Below are positions 31,397-42,891 of a stretch of 64,000 bases of DNA, piece after piece. The DNA lies in NCBI GenBank assembly GCA_964019335.1, contig OZ025648.1, forward strand, positions 372,001 through 436,000. Reading direction: 5' to 3'. Position numbers and translations under genes: made by a program. The stretch's first letter is position 1; every line of letters starts with the position of its first letter. Under the pieces are notes generated by a model. The model was not told the DNA's origin. It made no database searches and worked only from the letters and a program-made list of their open reading frames with translations. This DNA comes from Diplonema japonicum. Lineage: Eukaryota > Protista > Euglenozoa: Diplonemea.

Positions 31397-32815
31397 TTAT
31401 ATTTTTTTATTTATTTTGTATTTGTTTAAAGTACACACCTCATTTACCGCCTCAACCACCCCGTTAGCACGAGGATCCTTCTCATACATTCCTTCCCGGT
31501 TCGTCTGTGAGGTGGGGGGGGGGGGGGGGGGGAGAATATAAAAAAAAAAAAAGAAAAAGAAAAAAAAAAGTCCAATCCATACCAAATAAACAATTGAAAC
31601 CCCGTGCCCGACGGAAACTGCAACATATGAACCGCCCAGACCGGACCACGCGAAGTGCATCCACCTCCTACCGTGGGTCTGCGCCTCCTTCAACGAGAAC
31701 AAAGGGTCAGATTCAGTCGACAATGAGAACCCACACGGAGACCGTGAAACATTCCTAGAATACATGTCCAGAGAAGCTTCAGGGGTAGGTTTTTGCGACG
31801 CACAGTCGACTCCAACTGGGGACGAGAACAGTTCGTGATTCGGAGCGTGGCCGATGTCCTTAGACCCCGGGTGGTCAACAGAGATCCCGGAGTAGATTCG
31901 CGCAAGACTTGCTGCTGTAATGTCAACCGTCTTCAAAGGTTTGCCAAGGTACGCCGACTGGTAGGTAAGGTATTCTGCAAAACCAGGGTGTTTCCGCTCG
32001 GAAAAAATCTCGGATTCCCACAGCCCGCGGAGCGGTAACGGCCCGCACCAAGAATCTGTTACGTTCGTGAACGCACGCATTGCAACCGCACCCCAATCAA
32101 GGAAGCTCGGTTCAGACCCACCCTCTTCCGTAAAACTAACAGAATCCTTCGAAATATCCAGCTTTGTCACAATCCTGTCCTCAATAAACCTCTCCAGACT
32201 TCGGTGCATCGGATCCACTAGCGGGACAATTTCGTTAACTACAACGTCGGTGATGTATGGGTAATACCCGTAAACATCTTTTGAGGGTTTTATAACAGTC
32301 CGTGTGGTGGTGGTGGCGCGGCCTTGGGAAGCCCGGAGATGGTTTGTCTTCTCTTCCGTTTCCAATTTGAACCTTTGGGTTAAAATGTCACCGATAGTCA
32401 CCTCGTAGCCGCCTATCCATTTCACAAACCCTGGCCATACATCTACTACATGGTCTGTCAGATGAAGGAATCCATCTTCTACAAGCAATGCACAGGCGAT
32501 GAGGTTTAGGCCGCCGTTAGACCTTAGTTTTGCTTTTGTGAATTGCGACCATTCGCCGCCCCAGATGTCCACCACTAGCTCGCCACGGAGGTACACTGCA
32601 ACAGCGCCTCCTGTCTCGCCTTTCTTTTCCAGGTTTTCTTGGAATACTTTTCTTACAAGTTCGAAGTCTTTGTGGCACCGTCCCTTCACTTCTCTGTTGC
32701 ACGGGAGAAGGTTGCACCACAGCCCGTCCCGTCCGTGTACCAGGAAAGCGGGACTCAGAATCAACGAAAGCAAAAGTGCTACGAAGCTTGCAATGGACAC
32801 AATCTGAAGCGACAT
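31397..32815 (-). CDS. Beta-lactamase/serine-hydrolase-fold protein, likely catalytically degenerate; intron 31505-31582
   Basis: GGAVAVYLRGELVVDIWGG, VVDVWPGF, VTIGDILT and FAWSGLGGS; spliced SIVYL|TNR. Confidence 0.8.
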   Translation of the reverse strand: MSLQIVSIASFVALLLSLILSPAFLVHGRDGLWCNLLPCNREVKGRCHKDFELVRKVFQENLEKKGETGGAVAVYLRGELVVDIWGGEWSQFTKAKLRSNGGLNLIACALLVEDGFLHLTDHVVDVWPGFVKWIGGYEVTIGDILTQRFKLETEEKTNHLRASQGRATTTTRTVIKPSKDVYGYYPYITDVVVNEIVPLVDPMHRSLERFIEDRIVTKLDISKDSVSFTEEGGSEPSFLDWGAVAMRAFTNVTDSWCGPLPLRGLWESEIFSERKHPGFAEYLTYQSAYLGKPLKTVDITAASLARIYSGISVDHPGSKDIGHAPNHELFSSPVGVDCASQKPTPEASLDMYSRNVSRSPCGFSLSTESDPLFSLKEAQTHGRRWMHFAWSGLGGSYVAVSVGHGVSIVYLVWIGLFFFFFFFFFYILPPPPPPTSQTNREGMYEKDPRANGVVEAVNEVCTLNKYKINKKI

Positions 32816-32930
32816 CTTCTTTTTTTTTTTCTCTCCTCTCTCTCGTATTTTTTTTTTTTTTTTATGATGGCCCTTTTTTTTTTTTTTTGCAGATTAATTA
32901 GAGCGGAAGGGGGGAAATAAAGATTCGATG

Positions 32931-32961
<31 letters not shown>

Positions 32962-32966
<5 letters not shown>

Positions 32967-33761
32967 GTGTCGATGGAACGATGGGTGGAGCTAACAGCTC
33001 TGTTTGTGTGAAGTCGATCGATTTCTGTGCCAAATCCTTCCAGTGTTCGGCCCGCTCTTTGTCCGGATCGGTACCGACACCAACCTTTTTTTTGGGGGGG
33101 GGGAGATAATTGGGGGAAAACAAATACATACCTCATAGAGCTTTGATAAATTATACATTGCATTTCTGTTCCCCTGCTTCGCCGACAGCTTGAAAAAGTG
33201 GAAAGCGGCTCGATAGTTCTGGCCGGTGCCCTCCCCACGTGCGTACATGCCGGCGGCCTCGCACTGTGCCCATGAGTCACCTGCTTCAGCGGCGTTTTTG
33301 ATCAAAGAAAACGCTTCAGCGGCATTCTTCCTGGCGCCCTGCCCGCTGTAGAGATGCTTTGCTAGGGCAATGACAGCTTCAGGGTCGTTTGACTCTTTTA
33401 TTTTCCGTCGGTGCTCGCGTACCACGGCTGACTCCAAGGAATTGTAAAATCGCCATGCTCCATAGGCCAGTACTGCCGCACCCAAAGCCTGAACTAGCTT
33501 CCACTCTCCAGCGGTGAAGAAGCCTACCGTGCTGTTGTTTTGTTTTACGAACTTGTCCTTGACCGGCTTGGCCTCCTCTCCAAGAATCTTGTCGATTATC
33601 TGAGCCTTTTCAACGCAGTCCGACGTCGTCAGCTTCTTCTTTGCAGCCAGCGTCTTCAAGTCCTTGACGCTTAATTTTCTCAGTTCCTCTCTAGTCGGGA
33701 GCCCCGTGACGCTAGCGTACCTCCTTGTAGCGCTTTTGCGGAGAATTGTTATTCGAAACAT
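32962..33761 (-). CDS. Sel1-repeat protein with SAP-like domain and TM, putatively mitochondrial; intron 33085-33131
   Basis: LSVKDLK...DCVEKAQII; Sel1 repeats (MYARGEGTGQNYRAAFHFFKLSAKQGN); the spliced frame completes the last repeat (LYE|VGVGTDPDKERAEHW). Confidence 0.85.
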
Positions 33762-34690
33762 TGTTCTCTTTTTCTTTTTTTTTTCTCCCCTCCTTTTTTT
33801 TTATTTGGCAAAGTGAACAACGGTCCAATCCAGATTTTGAAGGGGGGATGTATTAGCCCCGTCATAAGAAAAGTCAAGAAAAATATATTTTAAGAAAAAA
33901 AAAAGATAAAAAGTATTAAAAAAATCGGGAGTGGGAGAGGGAAACAGGGTAAAAAAAAAAAAAAAGTTTCTCATACTGTAAATCGAGGGAGGGGGGAATG
34001 GGGTAACAATAAAAACTGAAGAGAAAAAAAAAACTCAATAAAAAACCTTCTTTTTTTTTTCCAGCACAACTATTCTGTATAGGTTTTAAAAAAAAAAAAT
34101 TGCAGCTTGAACAATTGCCTCTCCCCCCTTTCTTGTTTTTACAGTAGTGAGTAGTAGGGAAAGGGGGAAGGAAAAAGAAAAAAAAATAAACACAAAGCAG
34201 GGACAAATAATAAAAAAAAGAAAGAAGATAGTAAATAAATAAATAGAGGGGGGTGGAATTGGTCTTTGTATTCGAAAAGCAAATGTTGTCAATAAGAGTG
34301 AGAGAGGTTATCGTTCCTAATAAAAATAGGATATGGTTTGTGCCCCGTAAGCACCTTCCGCTTTAAAAAAAAAAAACTTTTTTTTCTCCTCTGCTCCAGA
34401 ATCGCAAAATAGTAGAAAAATAACCATTCTGGCGTTCGGCTTCTTCTGGCCTGTGCGCACCAGCACGTGTTGCACCATATGCAAATTTGCACTGCCAACG
34501 AATAGTTTTTTTTTCTTTCTGTTTTTTTTTTTTTTTTTAAAGGTTAACCCATAAAGGACTAAAGGACAAACATAAATTATGTAACATCCATTCTCTACCC
34601 CCCTTACACATTCTTAGTTTCATCGTTTTTTTTTGGGGGTTTTTTTTTCTTCGAAAAATCCATTAAACGCAGTGTGTAGGCAACTCAATC

Positions 34691-34734
<44 letters not shown>

Positions 34735-35289
34735 AGAGGGAAGCAAACTAATTGCGACTTTTTTTTTTCGTAGGTAGCGGCGGGGGAGGGGCTCCCATAA
34801 TACAGCCCCACTAAAGAAAAAAAAAAAAAGAAATGGTTATTTCTGCTTGTTGCCGGTCCCCCCCCCCCCCCCCCCCCCCCAGCCGCAGTGCTGCAGGGGA
34901 GAAAAAAAAAAACAGAAAAGAGAAACAATAAAATCTTACTCACCCGATATCCCCAGAGGAATGAGAGAGAGGGGACGTGCAGGCAAAGCATTTATCCTTT
35001 CCTTCCACCCCACCTCACCCTCTTATCCCCCCCCCTTTTTTTAAATATGAGCACAACTAAAAAAAAGGAGGACAAGTCCTCCCCCCCCCCCCCTTTCTTT
35101 TTGAGTTTGGGGAAGGGGAAGTCAACAAAGAAAAAGAACGCCGAAAAGGGAGGGAGACAAGAATAAGAAGACCAGGAAGGGAATTGGGGCGGGCAGGGGA
35201 GGGGAAAGGGAATGAAAGAAACGTTTAAAATTGTAAATTATATATCCCTCCCCTCCCCTCTTTTTTTTTTTTTTTTTTTTTCTTCTCCT

Positions 35290-38200
35290 CTACTTTCTAC
35301 CCCTCCTTCCGCCTCGGAGGGAACTCTGAGCATCTTGTTGCTTGGAGTCCCATGAGGGGTCGCTAGGCCAATCATCAGTTCCACGGCCTCCACGGCTGCC
35401 CCCACCGCCTCCACGGCCATTGTTCTTCCCACCATGATGAGAATAGCCTTCGTAATGTTGTTGCTGTTCGTGCCAGTCTGAGCCGCCCTTGTTGCCACCA
35501 CCTCCACCTCGCCTCTGGCTGCTGCCGGAACCGCCTCTTCCGCCTCTTTGCGCTCTTTCATCTTCACGCCTTTGCTGTTTTTCTTCATCCCTCCTCCTTC
35601 GGCGGTCGGCTTCTTCCGCTCTACGCTTCAGCTCCTGTGAAAAGTGATTAGATGGTGGTGGTTGGGGGGGGGGGGGCATACATTCTGTCGTCTTTCTTCT
35701 CTTTCCTTCTGCCTTGCCTCCTCTTCCCTTTCAGCTTCAAGGACAGCTTCTGGCTTTTCGACTTTCTTCACGTTCGCAGCCACTCTCGGCGCAGGGCCTC
35801 GTAGCGAGTTTGCGTAGAAACCAGCCGTCAGCTCTGTTTGCTTCTGCTGAAGCGTGGCGGCTGCGTGGTCCTCGAAGTACTTTAGCATGTCGAGGCGTTT
35901 CTTCTCTTTGGTGGACAGGCCTTCGGTTCGTTGCTTGGATTCGAGCTTTTCTCTCTCCTGTTTTGCGGCGTTTTCCTTTTGCAGCTCTTGCAGTCTTTGC
36001 CTTTCCCTCTCTTCCTTGATCTTTGCCACCGCCTCCTCTTTTTCCTTTTTCAGCACGGTGGCCGATTTGAGAGTTGGGAAGTTCTCCGGCGCGAGAACAT
36101 CGTTAGCCTTCGCCCCGGTTTCCTTCTTAGGCATCGCCCACGGGTCGTCCTTCTGTTATGAGTGGGTACATTTTACATAAAACTCAAATTAACATGCAAA
36201 CTCCCAGAGCGAAAGCCGCATGCCCATAAAATAAATGTAATTTTGAACATACCTTCCGTTCCTGTGGGAGTTCCGGTTTTGGCTTGACAGGTTTCGCTGC
36301 CTGTTGAGGGGGGTATTTTTTTTTGTGGTTAACAGTGTCGGCATACATTGGCAGCGGTGTTGTTCTTGGGGCTTTTTTCCTTCTTCTCTACCCCTTCGTG
36401 TTCCTTTCCGTTCTCCTTGTTCCTTTCTTTTTCCTTCTCCCTTTCCTTTTCGATCCTCTCCCCCCTGTCGTGTCTCCTGCGGTCGTGGTCTTCCTGATGG
36501 TGCTTACCACCTTTCATCCCCTTCATCCCTTTACGACCTTCGGGAAGCTTTGGCTCCGGCTCAACAGGCGCCATTCGGACCGTCTGCTTCTTAGGAAGTA
36601 TTTCCTCCTTAGGGGGCGACGGGGGTACTGGAGGCTTCGTGGATTCCTTGTTGGGCATCTTTGCCTTGTGTTGCCTCGCATGAGGGTTCCTACCAGTCAC
36701 GTCATCAGGGTAGGCTTTAGATGATTCTTTTCCCTGCATTGGCAGGTCTTGTGAAGGCGGTGTTACTACCAACGGGGGCGCCAGTGCCGCCTCATTCTGC
36801 ATCGGGGCTTGTGTCAAGCCTTTCATCATGTTCTCTTCATGAACGCTGATCTTGGATCGGAAGAACTCCCCGAGCTGTTGGTAGGGGTTTAAACAAAGAG
36901 TCGGTGATAGTTGTTTGCATACCAGCTTCACCAAGGCATCCGGAAGGTAGCTTTCGATCTTATGCCTTGTCTCTTCCTTCTTCTCCCAAACAACGGTCAG
37001 CTGTGTGAAAAGGTAGGGTTTCCTTTTTTTTTGAGGGGGGGGCACACGCATACCATGTGCTCGGTTTCCTTCCCCAACTTGTCACCGCCACTGTTGCGCA
37101 TCCTGAGGTTACAGTATTTTTGGGGGAATTCGTTTGTAAGCATACCCCACAAGTTCCATCAACGGCTTGAAAACTTCACTCCACCCAACAACAAGCTTCA
37201 CAATCTCCGGGTTAGTGAGATACTCTGAAGGAATGTGAGGGAGATAAGGGCTAGAGGGGGTCGAAGGTGCCTGTGGTGGTAAAAAAGAAATATTGCCTCC
37301 CCTCTTTTTTTCCTCCCTTACCTCGGTTTTCGGGGTTGGGGCTTTAGTTTGTTTATCTTGCTGGAGCTGAACTTGGGGTTGATGCTGATGGTGGTGCTGA
37401 TGGTGGTGGTGGTGGTGGTGATGTTGCTGCTGCTGCTGCTGTTGCAGTTGCTGCTGGGCCAGCAACTGTAGCTGCTGCTGTTGGAGTAGCTGTTGCTGTT
37501 GGAGCTGCAGAGGAGTGAGGCCGGCAAGAGGCAGCCTGTGCATCATTCCCAGCTGCCCCATGGCAAGCGGCATCTGCGGGAGCTGAGCCATGCCATAAAG
37601 AGCTTGGGGTTGCTGCATGAAGAGTTGCTGCTGTTGCTGGAGCTGTTCCTGCTGAAGCTGCTGCTGCTGTTGCTGCATCTTCTCCCGTTCCTTAATCTCC
37701 TTCTTGCGGGCCTCTTCAGCTTCGATCCTTCGCCTCTCCAGCCTCTCCTCCTCGACCCTCCTCTGCTCCTCCTCCTCCTCCTGTCTTTTTCTCTCCTCTT
37801 CTTCTTCTCTCTCTTTTTGTTCCTGTCGCTCCTGCTCTAATTTTTCTTCCTCTTCCTGTTTTTTGTGCTCTTCCTCAGCTTTTTTCTCGGCCTCTCTTCT
37901 TCTCTCCGCAGGAGGTACATATGCACCCCCTATCTTGACATTGACCTCAGCCTTCTTCTGTGTTGCTTGGTGCCTAGCCTTCGTGACTGCAGTGGCCCAT
38001 TGCAACATGGAGTCTAGGTCCTCGCCCTCAGTGTCACTGGACTCGGTCACGGCTTTCTTTTCTCCGGCGAGTTTGTCCTTGTGCTCTTGTATCGCATCCT
38101 GACGGCGCTGCTCCTCCTTCTGAGCCTGGCGAAGGCCTTCCTCCCTGGCACGCTGTAGCTCTTCCTCTCGGCTCCTCCTCTCTTCATCCTCTTTCAATTG

Positions 38201-40649
38201 TTTAAGTAGCATCCTATGAGCATGCTGCTTCTGAGCCTGTAGCTTTTCAAAAGCTTCCTGCTGCCCATTCACGACTTGCGTGCGCTTCGCCTCTTCTGAC
38301 TGCTCTATCACAACTTGCTTCTTACGTAGCTTTGCGAAGTTTCGTGCCTCAGCCTCTTTTTGCAGCTTGAGCTGCTCAACCTTCACCTTTTGTTCCTGCT
38401 GGGTGATGCGGGTTTGAATCTTCCTCTTTTCGGTTTCGAATTTCTGCATCAAGGGGTTCCTGCTCTGCGCCTCTTCCGAGCTCAACAAGGTCCTTGCTTT
38501 TGTCTCTTTCTTCTCGACGTCAGCAATTGACTTCTCACCGCCCTGTAGTGTGCGTGAACGTTCTTCTTTGGCATACCTTAGTCTTCTTCACTTGAGGTGC
38601 AGGGCTGGGTTCCGCTTTATTCTTCTTGCCCTTGCTAGCGACCTTCGGGTCATCAAAGGCATTGCATAGTGCCTGAGCAGCGGGGTGTGGGCAGTCCTGC
38701 GTGTGGTGAGTGGACACCCAGCTTCATACCTTCAGTGCCTGGAGGTTCTCCCTGATCACGGGGAGGGACACCTTCGCAGCATGGAGGGACTGCAGAGCCT
38801 CGCCGAGGCCATCTCTGGCTTCGGACAGAGTACTGTCGTTGAGGAGGAGGTTAAGTATGTATTTTTGGGATTCAGTCCCAACTTTGTCGGCGGCCTGCAA
38901 TCGTGTTGACACACGAACGAGAATCGCGGTGCAGTCAACAAGAACCTGTACATTAGTGCCGTGAGCTTTGAGGGTCGTGACGCAATGGCTGATCAGAGAA
39001 GCCTGAGCCTGCGTTGCGAGGGTGAGTGCTTCCTTGATGAGACACAGTATATCGGGGACGAGCTCGGGGTGCACGAGGCATGTCGTCAGCTTGTCGACCA
39101 CAGACTGCGAGATCGCAGTGAAGTGGGTGCAGAATGACTCCCGCTTTTCGTCGAAGACACCCCGCAGTAAGGAGATGATGGCCTGCCTGCAGGCAGTGTC
39201 CGCGTCCTGCACGTCATCGATGAGCGCGGAGAGGATGGGACGTTTGTTAATGTTCTCGGTGGAGTCGAGGATGCCATGCTCGATCCACTTTGCGAGGATG
39301 CGGACGGACGCCTCTGACTTGTTCGCAATGACACACCCCACGAGCCCCTCCCAGACCTTATCCTTGAGGTTCTCACGGAAGGTTATATCCTGGCTGAGAA
39401 GGATCCCGAGGAGCATGCTGCTGCAAGGCTTGAGGCACGTGCTTATAAGCCCGACACATTTCACGGACAACTCGTTGATAACAACGGGTGCCGGGGTGAT
39501 GTGGCGGCAGACATTTGCGACCGCAGTGAGTAACGAGCATGCTGCTTCGTGTGCTTCGTTCATCTTTGATTGAGTGCAGAGAGCATGGGCGAGAGAGACG
39601 GCTGCTGGGAGAGATGGGATGAGCTGCTCACAAGCAGCACGCGAGTCCTGTGTGAGGTCGCGCAACACTGATGAGATGTTCCCGATCTGGGTACAAGACA
39701 TCAAAGGTGTGTTGCTGAACAGGAAGGCGGCGAGGTGCGCCGCACCGTTATTATCGATGATTTGGGACTGGCTTTCAGCCATTTTTGAGGTCTTTGCGAG
39801 CGTCAAAAAGATGTTCCCGAAGATTGATCGGTTGCACTCAACCGCGTTTAGGTTCACCTCGGTATCGGACAGAGCAAGGTCACGGAAGTAGCTGGAGTGA
39901 TTGGCAATGTAGTCTGTGTACAGCTCAATAACACCAGGCGAGCCTTTTTCCGTGATGGCGTCCTTAGCCGCATCATCAGTAAGCGCAACAAGCGTGATGG
40001 CAGCAGAGGACCAGATTTTCATTTCCAGGTCTCTCGCAGGGTTGTTGATGAGCTTTGCAAGATGTATCGAAACGCCGAGGTCTTTAAAGACCTTCAGCCC
40101 CACCGAGGTGTCCTCCGCAATGCAGGAAACCAGCTCCTTCAACAGCCTGTTCACCAAGGGGATGAATTCCTCCATAGAGATCTCATTCTCTTGTATTTGG
40201 TTGAATTTCTTTCCCAGTTCCGAGAGTAGCGCGGCGATCCGCGACTCCAAGGTCAGTTTTTCGTCCCGGGGCGGTTGTTCCGCCTGTTCTTGCTTCACCA
40301 TATTGAGCCAGTAGCTCATACCCTGCATCAGACCGGTTTTCTTTTTCCCCTCGGTTGGTGTACACTTTTGTGGCTTCTTCGGAGCCGCCTCTTTCAGCTC
40401 TTTCAGCCATGCATCGTCGTTGTCTTTTAACTGTCCTTCGCTTAGGAAGAACCCTGCTCCGTTCGCGTTGTATAGACCCCGTGTAGTACCGTCACCCAAG
40501 ACCCCTTTCGCCTCGGTCACAAACAAACCCCCAAACCCATCATCATCTACCACAGCACCCTTCTTCTTGTCACACGCCCTCTTTACCTCCTCCGGTGTCG
40601 CCTCCTCGTCCAATCCCACAAACTGGTGCAGCTTCCGATATTGCTGCAT
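35290..40649 (-). CDS. Large 9-exon protein: HPD-less J-like domain, ARM/HEAT-like solenoid, charged helix, polyQ/H, RGG tail
   Basis: Several ORF fragments are joined in frame by 8 GT..AG introns (38697-38729, 38543-38576, 37271-37321, 37103-37145, 37001-37053, 36301-36346, 36153-36252, 35635-35681). Confidence 0.75.
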
Positions 40650-41138
40650 ATTAAGGAAAGGGAAGGGGGAGGAGCAGGGGAGAGCTGGTGTGAATATGAG
40701 TCGGGGTGGGGGGGGGGCGGGGGAGCGGGAATGGGGTGTTCGCCCTATTCTATTTCGTTTTCTGTTTTTTTTTTTTTTTTTTGTTTTGTTTTTTTTGTAA
40801 GTTTCCTGGGGGGGTTTTCTTTTTTTTAAATTATGCAAACAGCAAAAACAACAAAAGATGATACGGAAAAGTAGGGAGAGGGGATGGAGAGAAGAAAAAA
40901 AAAAGCTGGGTATTTGATGATGATAACCGGTGGGGGGGTATAAATGGGTAAAAAGAAAAGAAAAATGAATAGAGAAAGGAAAAAAAAAGAAGAAAAAAAA
41001 AAAGGCAGGAAGAAAGGAGGAAAACAAAAAACAAAAACGAAAAAACCCCCTAATTAACCGCCTGAAGAGGCTGCTTCACAGCACGAGTAGCAGGGCCACC
41101 ATTCTGTAGAAAAAGTCAATTTTTTTTTTTTTTTTTTT

Positions 41139-42452
41139 TTAAATTGTACATACCCTCTTCCATTCATTCTCAAGTTGGATCAACTCCCTGCGGACCTCTG
41201 AGGAGATCATAACATGGTTGTGTTTGTTAACAACCTTTCTGATCAACGAGACCTGTTCCTCCACAAGGTTCTCCTTGTACCTCTGGACGAAGGTAAGAAG
41301 ACACTGGTGCCACAAAACAGGCAGCTCTCTCGAATCGTGCACGAATTTGTGGAAGTGTTTGACCAGAAGATCAATCACCTGGTATGGCATGTCATACTTC
41401 TTGTCGAGAAGGAACCGCAGGATGATGGAAGACGAACCGTTGTAGGGCAGCTGCGCGATTTTCGCAATGGCAACCATTGCATGGGCACGGGGCATAGACG
41501 CCTTCCCGAGGAGAGAGGAAACGACAAGAGCCTCCTTCATGGCGAGGTCAGGCGATGCTGCGAGAGGGAGAAGGAATCCTTTGTTGAAAGCCGCTGGTTT
41601 CCAAAGCGCCTTACGTACTGCCGCATACGCGTGGGAGTGAAGCTTTCCTTGATGCTTAAACGAACTCCTAACCGACGGCAACAAAATCGAGTTGTAAAAA
41701 CGCTGGGTCATTTTTTCATTAGCAGTGTGCGCGAAAATTCGGGTGGCGGCGTATAAAGCATGGGGCGACCATTCGTGCGGGGCTGTGAACCAAAGGAGTT
41801 CCTCCCAGCCTTGGAGGTTCGGAAGGACTTTGAATGCTTTGGGGATTTTACCAACAGTGTACCGTTTGAGAACTTTTCCTACGGTTTTGTAAACTTTGAC
41901 AACGCGGGGGTCGAAGTTGCCCCCGACGGTGGATCCTCTGGATCCTCGTGACGCGGCGTCATCGGCAGCTCGTTCTTTTTCCCTGATTTTCGCCATGATG
42001 ATGTCGGCGAGGTTGCGGGATTGAAGGTTGGACTGCGGTGCGAACTGTTGCATCAGCCGTTCTTCTTCTTCGTCGATTTCAAAATCTTCGTGATCCTCAA
42101 TTGCGGTTTCTGTTGCTACAGACGAGGCGTCGTCGTACTCGAGTTCTGCGTCGCCTGCGTCGAGGTCCTCACCGTCAAGTTCCATCTCTTCCTGTTGTTG
42201 TTCTCTTGCTTGTTTCAAGATTTTAGAGCTCATGCTGTTGGGCATCATGAATCCGTCATCGTCTTTTTCCAGTTCCCCGTGGCCGCATGCATCGCCTTCA
42301 GTGAAGGTGACCTCCTTCTTCTTCCTCTGCTTTCTCACCCTCTCCGCCGCCCTCCTCGCGCTGGGGGTCGCCTCCTTCTCCTCCGAAATTTCTGTCGCCA
42401 AAGGTGTGTGCTCGCCCACAAATCTTTTCTTACTGTTTGCTGTTTTCCCCAT
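41139..42452 (-). CDS. BYSL: Bystin / Enp1 (40S ribosome biogenesis)
   Basis: NLADIIMAKIREKE, YTVGKIPKAFKVLP, ALYAATRIF and LPVLWHQCLLTFVQRYK; start MGKTANSK gives 437 aa. Confidence 0.95.
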   Translation of the reverse strand: MGKTANSKKRFVGEHTPLATEISEEKEATPSARRAAERVRKQRKKKEVTFTEGDACGHGELEKDDDGFMMPNSMSSKILKQAREQQQEEMELDGEDLDAGDAELEYDDASSVATETAIEDHEDFEIDEEEERLMQQFAPQSNLQSRNLADIIMAKIREKERAADDAASRGSRGSTVGGNFDPRVVKVYKTVGKVLKRYTVGKIPKAFKVLPNLQGWEELLWFTAPHEWSPHALYAATRIFAHTANEKMTQRFYNSILLPSVRSSFKHQGKLHSHAYAAVRKALWKPAAFNKGFLLPLAASPDLAMKEALVVSSLLGKASMPRAHAMVAIAKIAQLPYNGSSSIILRFLLDKKYDMPYQVIDLLVKHFHKFVHDSRELPVLWHQCLLTFVQRYKENLVEEQVSLIRKVVNKHNHVMISSEVRRELIQLENEWKRVCTI

Positions 42453-42891
42453 TTTTTTCTTTCTTTTTTCTCTGTTTTGTGTATACTCTCCCCCCCCTTT
42501 TTTTTTTTGTATAATTTCTTGTCGTGAACAGGGGGTACGGATGTAATAAAACAAGATAGGTGAGTTTATCAACAAATTGGTTTTATGTTTAAAAAAAAAT
42601 GTAGGGGGTACAAACACATTAATACGTTGCGAGGGAGGGGGAGGAGAGATACAATAAAAGGATTTAAAAATAAATCGGCGGGGGAGGGGAGTACAATTGG
42701 ACAATAGAAAGGGAGTAAAAAAAAACTGCTCATAAAAGAGGCCCGTAAAAAAAAGAAAAAGAAAAAGAGCGAACGGAATTCTTGAGCAAATAACAAACGG
42801 AAGAAAAAAAGAGGTAAATTGTGTGATAGCGCGTGAACGATGTTGTTGAAGGAAACGATTGAATCTAACATCTCTTTCCCCCCTGTTGTCC

